Source of the DNA: Acidobacteriota bacterium
GTDB lineage: Bacteria; Acidobacteriota; Vicinamibacteria; Vicinamibacterales; 2-12-FULL-66-21
Direction: 5' to 3'
DNA length: 64,000 nucleotides
NCBI GenBank assembly: GCA_046732715.1
Contig: JBKPNQ010000004.1
Location: 4,150-68,149, forward strand
The notes under the pieces were generated by a model. The model saw only the letters and a program-made list of their open reading frames with translations, was not told the origin of the DNA and searched no databases. Below, in pieces: positions 9,993-19,966 of the stretch. Numbering within the stretch: position 1 is the first letter of the stretch; each line of letters opens with the position of its first letter. A program made the translations under genes and the position numbers.

Positions 9993-12900
9993 TCAGAATG
10001 CGAACCGGAACGCCAGCTGCATAATCCGCGGGTCGCCTGCCAGGCTGGTGATCGTTCCGATCGTCGTCGCATCCGACACATTCCGGTTTGGCAGACCAAA
10101 GTTGGTCGTGTTGAACAGGTTGAACACGTCCCAGCGCAGCGTCGCCGTATAACGGCCGCCGAACTTGACGAGCCGCTGCAGCGTCATGTCGTAGCTCTGG
10201 TAACTGGGACCTCGCAGTCGGTTTCTCAGCTCGTTGCCGAAGACGCCGGATGCCACGGCCTGGAACGCGGCCGGGTTGAACCACTGATCGACCGTCTGCG
10301 GTCCGTCAGGATCACCAACGAGATTGGGAAGGCCGGTCATGTTGGTGCCGACGTTGTTGCCGCTCTGGTTGACCGTAAACGGCCGCCCCGACCGCCACGC
10401 GTAGACGCCCGAGTACACCCAATCGCGCGCGAACACGTTCTCGCCCAGGGGGAGGTTGACGACGAAGTTCGCTGCCACGCGATGACGGACGTCGTAGTCG
10501 CTCGGGCCGTACCAGGCGCTGAAGTCGCGCGAGTTCTGCGGGAACGCGTTCGACCCCTGGGTCGTCAGCTGCTCGGAGGTGTTGTCCTTCGAGTCGCCGA
10601 GCGTATACGCGACGCCGAACGCATAGCCCTTCGCGAACCGCTTCTCCAGCCCCATGTCGACGCCCTTGTACTCAGACTTGCCGTTTTGATCGCGCCATTC
10701 GATGAACCCAAAATTGGAGTAGGGCGCGGCGCCGAGCGCGTTGTTGGCGCCAGGCGCATTCGGCAACGGCTGGTTCAAGTTGACCAGCGACGCCAGATTG
10801 GATCCGCGGGTGTAGACGAAGTCGGCGCTCGCAATCATGCCCTGGGCGAGCTCGCGTTGGAAACCGAAGCTGGCCTGGTTGATCGTCGTTTTCGGCGCGT
10901 CGTCGTTGACTGCGCGGACGCGCAGGCGTCGCAGCTGGCCGTTGGCCGGATTCAGGTCCGGCACGGTGAGGAACGTATCGGACGGCATCCCATTCTTGAG
11001 GAAGAAGACAGGCGACCCGGACGTCTGCGTCACGGTGTTGTTGACCAGCCCGGGCACGTTCAGCGCCAGCTGATCTTCGCTGCCGACGCGATCGAACAGG
11101 TTGTAGAAGATGCCCCAGCCGCCACGCAGGATTGTCTTGTCGTTCAGTCGATAGACGACGCCGATACGTGGGGCGAAGTTGTTCCTGTCCGGCTTCACGA
11201 GGCCGCGATCGTGCAGCGAGCCGTCGCTGGCGAAGACGAGGGCGCCGCTGCCGGACGGATCGAAGTTGGTCTGGTTGTTGTTGGCCTCGAGCGCTGGGGT
11301 GATGAAGTCATAGCGCAGGCCGAGATTCAGGGTCAGGTGCCCGTTCACCTTCCAGTCATCCTGCGCGAACCCCATTGTCGCCCAATGCCGCTGCTCGACG
11401 ACCCAGACGTTCGAGAGCTGCAGGTCGGATACGTAGCCGAGTAGAAAGTCCGCCATGGGATTGCCCGTGAACGCGTTCCGGAATCGGAGTGCACCGCGCG
11501 TCGCCGGGACGTCCATGTACTGGTTCTTCATTGGCGTGATGATATCGGCGCCGACTTTCACGGCGTGGTTGCCGCGCAGCCAGGATAGCGTGTCGAGGTA
11601 CTCGAACTGATCGGTGTGCTGGAACTTCGGCAGGAAGTCCGGCGAGCCGATGCGGCCGAGCCCGGAGCCGCCAAAGAAGCCGTCGATGGTGATGCCGGGG
11701 AAGCCGCCGGCGACGAGCGGATTGGTGATCATGCCCGGGATCTGCGCGTTGGCCGGGGGAGTCAGCCCGAACGCCTGGTGCACTGCGTCCGAGACCGAAC
11801 GCGACCACGACACGCGCGCCTCGTTCACCATGGTCGACGACAACACGCGGGTCCAGCCGCCGACGAACGCGTTCGTGTCGATCGTCTGATTGCCGAACGC
11901 GGACGTGCCGGTTCCGTCGATGACGCCGCCGAAGGCACCAGGAATCTGCCGATCGCGGGTCGAGTAGATGTAGCGGCCGAAGATGCTGTCCTTCGCGTTG
12001 GGTCGCCAGTCGCTGCGGAGGAGCAGGCGGTCGGAGTTGTCAATCAGGTTGGCGGTGCGGAAGAAGTTGTTGGCGCCCGGCTGATTTGGCCCCGGCACCA
12101 GCGCGATGATCGACGCGGCGTAGGGATCGATCCGATTGCCCGGAATCGTGTTGTTGTCGAAATTCAGGCCAGTGGTGGGATCCTTGATCGGCGTGGTGAA
12201 GATTCCCGCGCGCTGATCGGCGGTCGGGACGCTGGTCAGCCGGGTCACGCCGCGTGTGATGCGGGTTCCCTCGTAATCGGCAAAGAAGAACGCCCGGTCC
12301 TTGATGAGCGGGCCGCCGACGTTGCCGCCGTACTGGTTCTGCTTGTTATCGGGCTTGGCGGCGTTGGCGCGCTTCGAGAAGAAGTCGATCGAATCCATCG
12401 CCTGGTTGCGGAAGTACTCATACGCGGTCCCGTGGACGCTGTTGGTGCCAGACTTGGTCGAGACGCTGACTGCGGCGCCAGGCGATCGGCCGTACTCCGC
12501 CGCGTACGGGCTGGTGACGACCTTGAACTCCTGAATCGCATCGACCGAGGGGCGAGAGACCTGGGTCGTCAACTCCTGGACGTTCTCGGAGATGCTGTTG
12601 TTGTCGACGCCGTCGAGCAGGAAGTTGTTCTGCAGCGCGCGGGCACCGTGAACATTGATGCCTCCGGTGCGTCCGAACGAGGTGCCGCCGCCCTGCTCGG
12701 TGTAGCGATCGCCCTGCACGCCAGGCACGAGCGCGAGCAAGTCGTCCCAGTTACGGATCGCGAGCGGAAGGTTGGACACCTGGAACTGCGGAATCACGGC
12801 GCCGAGCGTGGCGTCGTTCGAATTCAGGAGCTGGGTCGTCTCGCCAACCGTCACCGTTTCGCTGACGGCGCCGACTTCGAGGGTCGCATCCACGCGGGCC

Positions 12901-13196
12901 CGCTGACCTACTTCGAGCGTGATCACTTGCGACACTTTCTTGAACCCGGTCTGTTCCACGTCCACCTGGTACCTCCCCGGGATCAGGTTGACGAGAAGAT
13001 AGGACCCCGTCTCCGTCGTCGGCTGCCGGATGGCAACGTTGGTTGCCAGGTTGGTGATCGTCACCGTGGCGCCGGCGATCACCGCGCCGCCGCTATCGGT
13101 AACTGTGCCCGTGATCGTCGCCCGGTCGACCTGGGCGAACGCCACGCTCGAGAGCGCTAGCGTCAACACCGCCACGACGGTCAGAATTCTCCTCAT
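9993..13196 (-). CDS. TonB-dependent receptor (Oar-like)
   Basis: MRRILTVVAVLTLALSSVAFAQ, GAGGAG RBS; NNFLLDGVDN, DAIQEFKV, TKSGTN..HG, LNLGLRYD, NNFAPRIG, C-terminal RIMQLAFRFAF. Confidence 0.95.
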   Translation of the reverse strand: MRRILTVVAVLTLALSSVAFAQVDRATITGTVTDSGGAVIAGATVTITNLATNVAIRQPTTETGSYLLVNLIPGRYQVDVEQTGFKKVSQVITLEVGQRARVDATLEVGAVSETVTVGETTQLLNSNDATLGAVIPQFQVSNLPLAIRNWDDLLALVPGVQGDRYTEQGGGTSFGRTGGINVHGARALQNNFLLDGVDNNSISENVQELTTQVSRPSVDAIQEFKVVTSPYAAEYGRSPGAAVSVSTKSGTNSVHGTAYEYFRNQAMDSIDFFSKRANAAKPDNKQNQYGGNVGGPLIKDRAFFFADYEGTRITRGVTRLTSVPTADQRAGIFTTPIKDPTTGLNFDNNTIPGNRIDPYAASIIALVPGPNQPGANNFFRTANLIDNSDRLLLRSDWRPNAKDSIFGRYIYSTRDRQIPGAFGGVIDGTGTSAFGNQTIDTNAFVGGWTRVLSSTMVNEARVSWSRSVSDAVHQAFGLTPPANAQIPGMITNPLVAGGFPGITIDGFFGGSGLGRIGSPDFLPKFQHTDQFEYLDTLSWLRGNHAVKVGADIITPMKNQYMDVPATRGALRFRNAFTGNPMADFLLGYVSDLQLSNVWVVEQRHWATMGFAQDDWKVNGHLTLNLGLRYDFITPALEANNNQTNFDPSGSGALVFASDGSLHDRGLVKPDRNNFAPRIGVVYRLNDKTILRGGWGIFYNLFDRVGSEDQLALNVPGLVNNTVTQTSGSPVFFLKNGMPSDTFLTVPDLNPANGQLRRLRVRAVNDDAPKTTINQASFGFQRELAQGMIASADFVYTRGSNLASLVNLNQPLPNAPGANNALGAAPYSNFGFIEWRDQNGKSEYKGVDMGLEKRFAKGYAFGVAYTLGDSKDNTSEQLTTQGSNAFPQNSRDFSAWYGPSDYDVRHRVAANFVVNLPLGENVFARDWVYSGVYAWRSGRPFTVNQSGNNVGTNMTGLPNLVGDPDGPQTVDQWFNPAAFQAVASGVFGNELRNRLRGPSYQSYDMTLQRLVKFGGRYTATLRWDVFNLFNTTNFGLPNRNVSDATTIGTITSLAGDPRIMQLAFRFAF

Positions 13197-13234
13197 GTGG
13201 GTTCTCCTCACCCTGAAATCGCACTGAAACCCCC

Positions 13235-13264
13235 ACGCTATGGCGGCCGTGGCGAAAATGTCAA
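13235..13264 (-). promoter_or_regulatory. Putative sigma70 promoter of the TonB receptor
   Basis: Minus strand TTGACA-N18-TAGCGT about 40 nt upstream of ATG 13196; palindrome TGCAAAGCTTTGAA at 13285-13298 just upstream. Confidence 0.5.
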
Positions 13265-13458
13265 TCGCCACGACGCAACAAGTTTGCAAAGCTTTGAATG
13301 TTTCGCAGGGGGACGAGTTGCGGAGTGAGTGGGTCGCTTGCGGAGAGCACTTCCATCGATGCGCTCTCGACGCGCTCTGCGTGAGGTCCTCCGCGATCTC
13401 TAAGCGAGTTTTGCCCAGCCGGTTTTGGACCCACCTCTCGTCATTGTCCTGGAGGCCG

Positions 13459-15888
13459 CTAATCTGTGGCTCGCAGCGCTGACGCCGCGCTGACGCGTGT
13501 CGCACGGCGGGCCGGCAGATACGACGCTCCCGCGGCCGCCACCGCGAGGATCATCGCGACCCAGCCAAACGTTGCCGCATCCATTGCCGTAACCCCGTAC
13601 AGCAACGACGACAGCAACCGCGTGGAGAACACCGCGAGGGCGACGCCGGCAGTCAACCCGGCGACGATCATGGCGCTTGCGCTCGAGAACACCAGACGAA
13701 GGATGTCGCCAGGCGTCGCGCCGAGAGCCTGCCGCACGCCGAACTCGTGCGTGCGTTGCCCGACCGCCTGCGCGACGACGCCGTAGATGCCCAGCACGGC
13801 GAGGACGAGCGCCGACAGTCCGAACGTCAGAACCAACCACAGCGTGAGACGGCGCGTGGCCGTCGCGGCGCCAGCCACGGTCTCCAGTGGTTTCACGGTC
13901 GCGAGCGGCACTTCAGGATCGAGCTCGCGCAACGCCCGTCGCACCGGCTCGACGATTGACGATGGTTCCACCGACGTCCTGACGATGAGGGACATCGGCT
14001 GCGCGTACCAGGTCTGCGCCACTGGAAAATAAAGCGCGGGGGCGGCACGATCGTGCCACGGCATGTCCCGCACATCGCCCATGACCCCTACGATCGTGCG
14101 CGCCGAACCCCAAAGTTTCACTTGAGCCCCGACTGCCGTTTCCGGCCTTCCCCAGTACTTGCGCGCGAGACTCTCATTGATCAGGAATACCATGGGCGCA
14201 GTCTTCACGTCCGAGGCCGTCAGCTCGCGTCCCGCGACGATCGGCGTCCCGGTCGCGCGACTGTAGCCCGGCGTGAGGAAGTGATACCGGGCCTCAGGCC
14301 CGTCGTCGTCCGGGAACTTCTTGCCAGGAATCTCAAAACCGGTGTTCTCGTCGTAGCCGGTCCATGGCAGATCGGAACTGAATGCCGCTTCCTGGATTCC
14401 TGGCAGGGCCCGAAGCCTGTCCAGGGCACGTGTGTAGAAATCCGAGGCCGCATCAACCTTGTAACGCGCGACCGGCAGCTCGACGATGGCGGTCATCGCT
14501 CCGGTCGGGACGAATCCGGGATTGGTATTGATCATCAGCACGAAACTTCGAAGCAGTAATCCGCTCGAGACCACCAGCACGAACGCGAGCGCAACCTGAA
14601 CCGCCGCCAGCACGCGTCGGGCGCGCTGGTGCGGCGATCCCGCGATCGAGCGGCCACCTTCCCGCAATGTTTCAGCGGTGCGCACGCGAGCGAGCCGCAG
14701 TGCCGGCACCAGGCCAAACAGCAGCGCGCTCGTGAACGTGGCGGTCACCGCCGCGAACAGCGCGGAGCGATCGACGGCGATCATCTGCAGCCGCGGAAGA
14801 TCGGCCGCACCCAGTCCGCTCAGCGCGCGGATTCCCGAATAGGCGAGACCGACTCCAGCCGCGCCGCCGATCGCCGCGATCAGGCTGCTCTCGACGAGCA
14901 GCTGTCGCGTAACCCGCCAGCTGGTCGCACCAAGCGCCGCCCGCACGCCAATCTCTCGCGAGCGACTCGCCGCACGTCCGAGGAGCAGCCCGGCGATGTT
15001 CACGCACGCGAGCAGGAGCACGACGCCTGCCGCAGCTGCCAGAGCCACCAGCGTCGATTCCACCGAGCCGACGATCTCTTCTTTCAGCGCTACGGCTTTC
15101 GCCTTCCACGGACTGTTCGGCGAGGGATACCTGCGAGCAACGCTTTCGCCGGTCCGGCGGAGATCGTCAGCCAACGCGGCCGGGGTCACCCCGCGCTTCA
15201 CCCGTCCGACGACGTTGTAGTAGTGGGAGAAGCGGTTTCCGGGGCGTTCGTCGCGTGGGACAGGAAGGACCGACCAGACGTCGACCGGCTCACCGTGACC
15301 GTAGGTTCGATAGGTGCCGCCGACGTGCTGAAATGTCTCCGGTAAAACACCGACGATCTGAAACGTTCGTCCGGACAGTCGAACGGTGCGGCCGATGACG
15401 CCCGCGTCACCATCGAAACGACGCCTCCACAACGAGTGACTGAGGATGACGATGGCGTTGTTGCCTTCGATCTCATCGTCTCGTTTGAACTCTCGCCCGA
15501 GCGCAGGCGCGTAGCCGAGAAGCGAAAAGAATCCGGCCGTCACCTGCATTCCGCGAAGCTGCTCGACCGTGCTGTCGCTGCCGATCTGCAGATCGCTGCG
15601 AAAATACGCGGCGAGCCCATCGAATGTCTGCAGTTCGTTGCGGTAGTCCCGGAAGTCGGCCGGCGCCATCGGAAAATGCAAGGTCGTCGGCGTCTCCTCG
15701 AACAGACGAACCAATCGATCCGGATCAGGATATGGAAGCGGCGCAATCAGGACGCCTCGGACGGCGCTGAAGATCGCGGTGTTCGCTCCAATTGCGAGAG
15801 CGAGCGTCAACGTCGCGGTGAGGGCAAAGCCAGGCGAGCGTCGAAGCAGCCGGACTGCGTAACGGACATCGTGCAGCAATGTGGACAT
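13459..15888 (-). CDS. ABC permease, duplicated MacB/FtsX type (acidobacterial orphan permease, ADOP)
   Basis: LLHDVRYAVRLLRRSPGF, LALAIGANTAIFS, LLLACVNIAGLLL, REIGVRAALGA, second half EFGVRQALGA..ASYLPARRA. Confidence 0.95.
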   Translation of the reverse strand: MSTLLHDVRYAVRLLRRSPGFALTATLTLALAIGANTAIFSAVRGVLIAPLPYPDPDRLVRLFEETPTTLHFPMAPADFRDYRNELQTFDGLAAYFRSDLQIGSDSTVEQLRGMQVTAGFFSLLGYAPALGREFKRDDEIEGNNAIVILSHSLWRRRFDGDAGVIGRTVRLSGRTFQIVGVLPETFQHVGGTYRTYGHGEPVDVWSVLPVPRDERPGNRFSHYYNVVGRVKRGVTPAALADDLRRTGESVARRYPSPNSPWKAKAVALKEEIVGSVESTLVALAAAAGVVLLLACVNIAGLLLGRAASRSREIGVRAALGATSWRVTRQLLVESSLIAAIGGAAGVGLAYSGIRALSGLGAADLPRLQMIAVDRSALFAAVTATFTSALLFGLVPALRLARVRTAETLREGGRSIAGSPHQRARRVLAAVQVALAFVLVVSSGLLLRSFVLMINTNPGFVPTGAMTAIVELPVARYKVDAASDFYTRALDRLRALPGIQEAAFSSDLPWTGYDENTGFEIPGKKFPDDDGPEARYHFLTPGYSRATGTPIVAGRELTASDVKTAPMVFLINESLARKYWGRPETAVGAQVKLWGSARTIVGVMGDVRDMPWHDRAAPALYFPVAQTWYAQPMSLIVRTSVEPSSIVEPVRRALRELDPEVPLATVKPLETVAGAATATRRLTLWLVLTFGLSALVLAVLGIYGVVAQAVGQRTHEFGVRQALGATPGDILRLVFSSASAMIVAGLTAGVALAVFSTRLLSSLLYGVTAMDAATFGWVAMILAVAAAGASYLPARRATRVSAASALRATD

Positions 15889-15894
15889 GAGCAC

Positions 15895-16929
15895 TTACTC
15901 AACCGGATAGAGCAGCACCTTTAAGGCGCTGCGGTCTTCGACCATGTCGAACGCACGTCGCCATTCTGTGATTGGCAGCGTAGTTGAGACGAGATCGTCG
16001 AGGCGAAGGTTGCTATGTCCGAAGATATTCATCATCCGTGACCAGGTTGCGGCGGTGTAGGTGATGGAACCGCGGACCGTGAGCTGCTTGTAGAACACCT
16101 GATCCATTGGAAACTGGATTTCCCGCCCGCAAATGCCGACCTGGGTGTGACGACCCATGGGACGGAGCGAGTCAAGGCAGCCGCGAATAGAGTCGGGATG
16201 ACCCGAACACTCGAACGCCACGTCAGCTCCCAGGCCGCATGTTGCGTCACGTACGGCCTCGCCCAACCTACGTTCGCCAACATTGACGATGTGCGACGCC
16301 CCAAACCGCTTCGCCGCTTCCAGTCGATCGGCGTCGGCAGGAGTGCCCGCGACGATGGTTTGTATGCCTTCGGCAACCAGCAGCTTCAGGCACAGCAGGC
16401 CGATCGGCCCCGGGCCCGACACGACTGCGGTCTCTCCGAGGCGCACTTGCGTGATCTCCGTGACCGCCTGGACGACGGCAGCAAATGGCTCGCTGAGCGC
16501 GCCAGCCTGCAGCGACATGCCGTCCGGCAATCGATACAACTGGTCGGGACGGACGACTAGATAACGAGCGAACGCCCCGTTGACGCCGTGGCCCATGCCG
16601 CGCCGTTGCGGGCAGAAGATGAAGTATCCCGAACGACAATAGGCGCATCGACCGCAGGTCACCGCGGTTGCACCGAGGACCGTGACCGGATCGCCAACGG
16701 CCACGCCGTTGACGCCCGCTCCGAGTTCGATCACTGTCCCTGCGCACTCGTGGCCAAGAATCACCGGCGGATAGTTGCGAAAGGTATCGTGCAGGACGTG
16801 CAGGTCGGTTCCGCAGACACCACAGAACGCGACCTGCACCTTGACAAGCCCGGGACCGCACGCCGGCTCCTCAACGTCACGCACGTCGATGTTGCCCGAG
16901 CCTGGCGCGTACTTGACGACCGCTTTCAT
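15895..16929 (-). CDS. Zinc-dependent alcohol/polyol dehydrogenase (sorbitol/threonine DH-like)
   Basis: MKAVVK; CGVCGTDLH, GHE, CGRCAYC..C, GPGPIG; ATGA overlap with MFS stop. Confidence 0.92.
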   Translation of the reverse strand: MKAVVKYAPGSGNIDVRDVEEPACGPGLVKVQVAFCGVCGTDLHVLHDTFRNYPPVILGHECAGTVIELGAGVNGVAVGDPVTVLGATAVTCGRCAYCRSGYFIFCPQRRGMGHGVNGAFARYLVVRPDQLYRLPDGMSLQAGALSEPFAAVVQAVTEITQVRLGETAVVSGPGPIGLLCLKLLVAEGIQTIVAGTPADADRLEAAKRFGASHIVNVGERRLGEAVRDATCGLGADVAFECSGHPDSIRGCLDSLRPMGRHTQVGICGREIQFPMDQVFYKQLTVRGSITYTAATWSRMMNIFGHSNLRLDDLVSTTLPITEWRRAFDMVEDRSALKVLLYPVE

Positions 16930-18152
16930 GCCGCTGCCTGGTTCGTTTCGGTTCCGACCCTCGCCTTCGACTTGAAGAAGAACAGCACCAGCAGCGTGAT
17001 GACGAACGACATCGCCGCCGAGCTCAGCCAGAACGACTGCCAGTTGCGAACGACGCCGGTCGCGGTGCTGGTCGAGAAGTAGTCGAGGATGCCGCCGGAG
17101 AGCAGCGAGCCAATCAGCATGCCGATCCCATAGGTGACAAAGGTGATGAATCCCTGAGCGGTGCTGCGCAGGTGAGCCGGGGCTGCCTGGTCGGTATAGA
17201 GCTGGCCGGCGACGAAGAAGAAGTCGTAACAGACGCCGTGCAGCAGGATGGCGATGTAGAACATCCACATGCCGGCACCGGGATTGCCGAACGCCAGGAG
17301 GACGTAGCGAAGCGCCCACGCGGACAGCCCGAGCAGCAGAATGCCGCGGACGTTCAGCACGCGGAACGCGATCGGCATCGCCAGCATCATCACGACTTCC
17401 GACATCTGACCGAGCGTCATTTTGCCGGCGGCATTGACGACGCCGACGTCATTCAGGTACGGGTTGGTGAACGAGTAGTAAAAGGTGAGCGGGATGCACG
17501 CGAGGATCGAAGCAATCACGAACACGAGATACGACCGATCCTTGAGCATCGCCAGCGCGTCAAGGCCGAGGACGCGGCTGAACGTCACCTGCTGCCCGCG
17601 CGCCGGCGGCGGCGTGTGAGGAAGCGCGACGAGACTGTAGAGGCACATCACCACGCACGCGGCTGCGGCGATGAGAAACGGCGTGTTCAGCGCCTCGACC
17701 GCCATGAATCCGATGATGAGATTCACGACGATCCATCCGAGCGTACCCATCACGCGAATCGGCGGGAAGTCACGTCCCGGGTTCTTCACCTGCTGCATCG
17801 CAATCGAGTTGGACAGCGCGATGGTGGGGAAGTAGCAGAGACAGAACGCCAGCAGGAGTCCGAACACTTGCGGGAAGGTCGTAACCCGGCTCAGTAGGAT
17901 CATGCAGACCGCGCCGAGGGCGTAGAGGACGGCCATGACCCGCTCGGTCGAGAAAAATCGGTCCGCGACCAGGCCGACGAAGAACGGCGACACCAGGCAG
18001 GCAATCGACACGGTGCTGAACGCGGCGCCAGCCTCGGTTCCCGAGAAGTGCAATGTGCTTGTGAGGTATGTATTCAGCGTGACGTACCACGATCCCCAGA
18101 TGACGTACTGAAAAAACATCATTGCCCCGAGGCGAGTCTTCACGAAGCCCAT
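16926..18152 (-). CDS. MFS nucleoside:H+ symporter family (NupG/XapB/YegT-like)
   Basis: MMFFQYVIWGSWYVTL, VGLVADRFF, FPPIRVMGTLGWI, MTLGQMSEV, LLHGVCYDFFFV; AGGAG RBS. Confidence 0.92.
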   Translation of the reverse strand: MGFVKTRLGAMMFFQYVIWGSWYVTLNTYLTSTLHFSGTEAGAAFSTVSIACLVSPFFVGLVADRFFSTERVMAVLYALGAVCMILLSRVTTFPQVFGLLLAFCLCYFPTIALSNSIAMQQVKNPGRDFPPIRVMGTLGWIVVNLIIGFMAVEALNTPFLIAAAACVVMCLYSLVALPHTPPPARGQQVTFSRVLGLDALAMLKDRSYLVFVIASILACIPLTFYYSFTNPYLNDVGVVNAAGKMTLGQMSEVVMMLAMPIAFRVLNVRGILLLGLSAWALRYVLLAFGNPGAGMWMFYIAILLHGVCYDFFFVAGQLYTDQAAPAHLRSTAQGFITFVTYGIGMLIGSLLSGGILDYFSTSTATGVVRNWQSFWLSSAAMSFVITLLVLFFFKSKARVGTETNQAAA

Positions 18153-18219
18153 GAGAATTCGGTCTCCTTTCCAGAAGATGGCGCTGGTGCGCGTGAATCA
18201 TGACACAAGGGACAGAGTC

Positions 18220-18352
18220 GGTGAATTGGTGAATTGGTGAATTGGTGGGTTGGTGAATTGACTTCGCACGCGCTACCGCGCGTGCTTTTAAGGCGCGGCG
18301 ATAGCCGGGCGGCGCAAATTCACCAATCACGGATTCACCAATTCGCCGATTC
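18220..18352. repeat. Inverted octamer array (GGTGAATT)n ... (AATTCACC)n in the divergent promoter region
   Basis: ggtgaattggtgaattggtgaattggtgggttggtgaattg ... aattcaccaatcacggattcaccaattcgccgattc. Confidence 0.85.
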
Positions 18353-18371
18353 TGCAATATGCTCCCCTCCC

Positions 18372-19157
18372 ATGACCGACATCGGAGGGTTCTTTCGACT
18401 GGACGGCAAGGTCGCGCTGGTGACCGGCGGATACGGTGGCATCGGCTCGGCGGTGTGCCGAGGGCTGTCAGCGGCCGGTGCGCGTGTCGCCGTCGCGGGC
18501 CATGATCCGGATAAAGCCAAGGCCTGCGCAACCGGGATCCGCGACGCCGGCGGCGATGCCGAGGCGTTTACGTTCGACGCGCTTTCCTCTACCGAGACGC
18601 GGCAGATGGTGGACGATGTGGCGGGCCGATGGGGAAGGCTCGACATCCTCGTCAATACCGTCGGTGGCAATCAGCGCGCAGAGCTGGCAGACGAAGTGAC
18701 CGAGGACGGATTCGAGCATGTCATGAAGCTGAACCTGACCAGCGCGATGTTTCAGTCGCAGGCGTCCGCGCGGCACATGATCGCCGGTGGCCACGGCGGA
18801 AAACAGGTGCACATCGGCTCGGTGCGCAGCCTGCTGGCGCTGCGCGGCAAGGGCTTTTCGGCGTACTGCGCCGCCAAGGGCGGTCTTTCGATCCTGTGCA
18901 AGCAACTCGCGGCCGAATGGGCGCCGCACAACATCACGGTGAACATGGTGTCGCCGACGTTCGTCCGCACGCCGCAGGGTGAGCGATTCCTGACCGATCC
19001 AGCGTTCTATCAAGGCGTGGTCAGTCGCATTCCCCTGGGCCGCATTGGCGAAACGGAAGACGTTGTCGGAGCGGTGCTGTTCTTCGTTTCACCGGCCTCG
19101 AACTTCGTGACCGGGCAGACGCTGTATCTCGATGGGGGGATTACCGCGACGCAGTGA
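18372..19157 (+). CDS. SDR oxidoreductase (gluconate 5-dehydrogenase / KduD-like)
   Basis: FRLDGKVALVTGGYGGIG, YCAAK, RIPLGRIG, FVTGQTLYLDGG. Confidence 0.92.
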   Translation: MTDIGGFFRLDGKVALVTGGYGGIGSAVCRGLSAAGARVAVAGHDPDKAKACATGIRDAGGDAEAFTFDALSSTETRQMVDDVAGRWGRLDILVNTVGGNQRAELADEVTEDGFEHVMKLNLTSAMFQSQASARHMIAGGHGGKQVHIGSVRSLLALRGKGFSAYCAAKGGLSILCKQLAAEWAPHNITVNMVSPTFVRTPQGERFLTDPAFYQGVVSRIPLGRIGETEDVVGAVLFFVSPASNFVTGQTLYLDGGITATQ

Positions 19158-19170
19158 GGCTTGCGCTCAC

Positions 19171-19228
19171 AAAAGTTAAAAGTTAAAAGTTAGAAGTTAC
19201 GAGTTGAGTTTTGACTTTTGACTTCTTA
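19171..19228. repeat. AT-rich inverted heptamer array (AAAAGTT)n / (ACTTTTG)n
   Basis: aaaagttaaaagttaaaagttagaagtt ... gagttttgacttttgacttcttac. Confidence 0.85.
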
Positions 19229-19245
19229 CGCCGCCAGGAGCCTGA

Positions 19246-19959
19246 ATGCGGAAGCTGATCGACTTGAGCATGCCCGTTCACAACGACATGATTGTATTTC
19301 CCCGTGTCGTTCGACCGGCGCTGGTGATGTACGAGACCTGGCAACAGTTCGCCGAGCGTGTTGGCGCCGCGAAATATGGCGCAACGTCGCTCACCGCCAG
19401 CTATCTGGTCGTGCTCGGCGATCATGTCGGCACTCATATCGATTCTCTCCGCCATTTGCGTGAACAGGGGCCGGGCGCGGAAGCGATCCCGCTCGACTAT
19501 TGCTTCGGCGACGGCGTCTGCCTCGACTTTCGACACCTTCCCAAGGGCGCCGGCATTAGCGTCAAAGATGCGCAGGCCGCGCTCGCAACGATCAACTACA
19601 CGCTGAAGCCGCTCGACATCGTCCTCATCCATACCGGCGCGGGAAAGATTCAGGACAGCGAGAATTACGTCACCGATCAGGTCGGCATGACCGCCGAGGC
19701 GACCCACTGGATGCTGGATCAAGGCATCAAAGTCATGGGCATCGACGCGATCACGTTCGATCCGCCGGTCTGGGCGATGTTCGAGCGAAAACAGTTCTGG
19801 GAGGCGCACCGCGTCATGTGCGAGCGCGAGTACTATCACCTCGAGAACATGACGAATCTCGACCAACTGCCGGGCCACGGTTTCAAGCTGGCGGTGTTCC
19901 CGGTCAAGTGGGTCAACACGACGGCTGCACCGGTGCGTGCGGTCGCCATCATGGACTGA
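19246..19959 (+). CDS. Cyclase family protein (kynurenine formamidase-like metal hydrolase)
   Basis: LIDLS, HVGTHIDSLRH, IVLIHTG, GID, ENMTNLDQL, AAPVRAVA. Confidence 0.92.
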   Translation: MRKLIDLSMPVHNDMIVFPRVVRPALVMYETWQQFAERVGAAKYGATSLTASYLVVLGDHVGTHIDSLRHLREQGPGAEAIPLDYCFGDGVCLDFRHLPKGAGISVKDAQAALATINYTLKPLDIVLIHTGAGKIQDSENYVTDQVGMTAEATHWMLDQGIKVMGIDAITFDPPVWAMFERKQFWEAHRVMCEREYYHLENMTNLDQLPGHGFKLAVFPVKWVNTTAAPVRAVAIMD

Positions 19960-19966
19960 CACCGCC

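Noticed and set aside
13197-13505. N-terminal extensions in the ORF track (also 16930-17319, 40788-41036, 46753-47382, 57511-57733)
   Set aside because: Overlap neighbouring genes; downstream starts fit better by RBS, signal peptide or coupling
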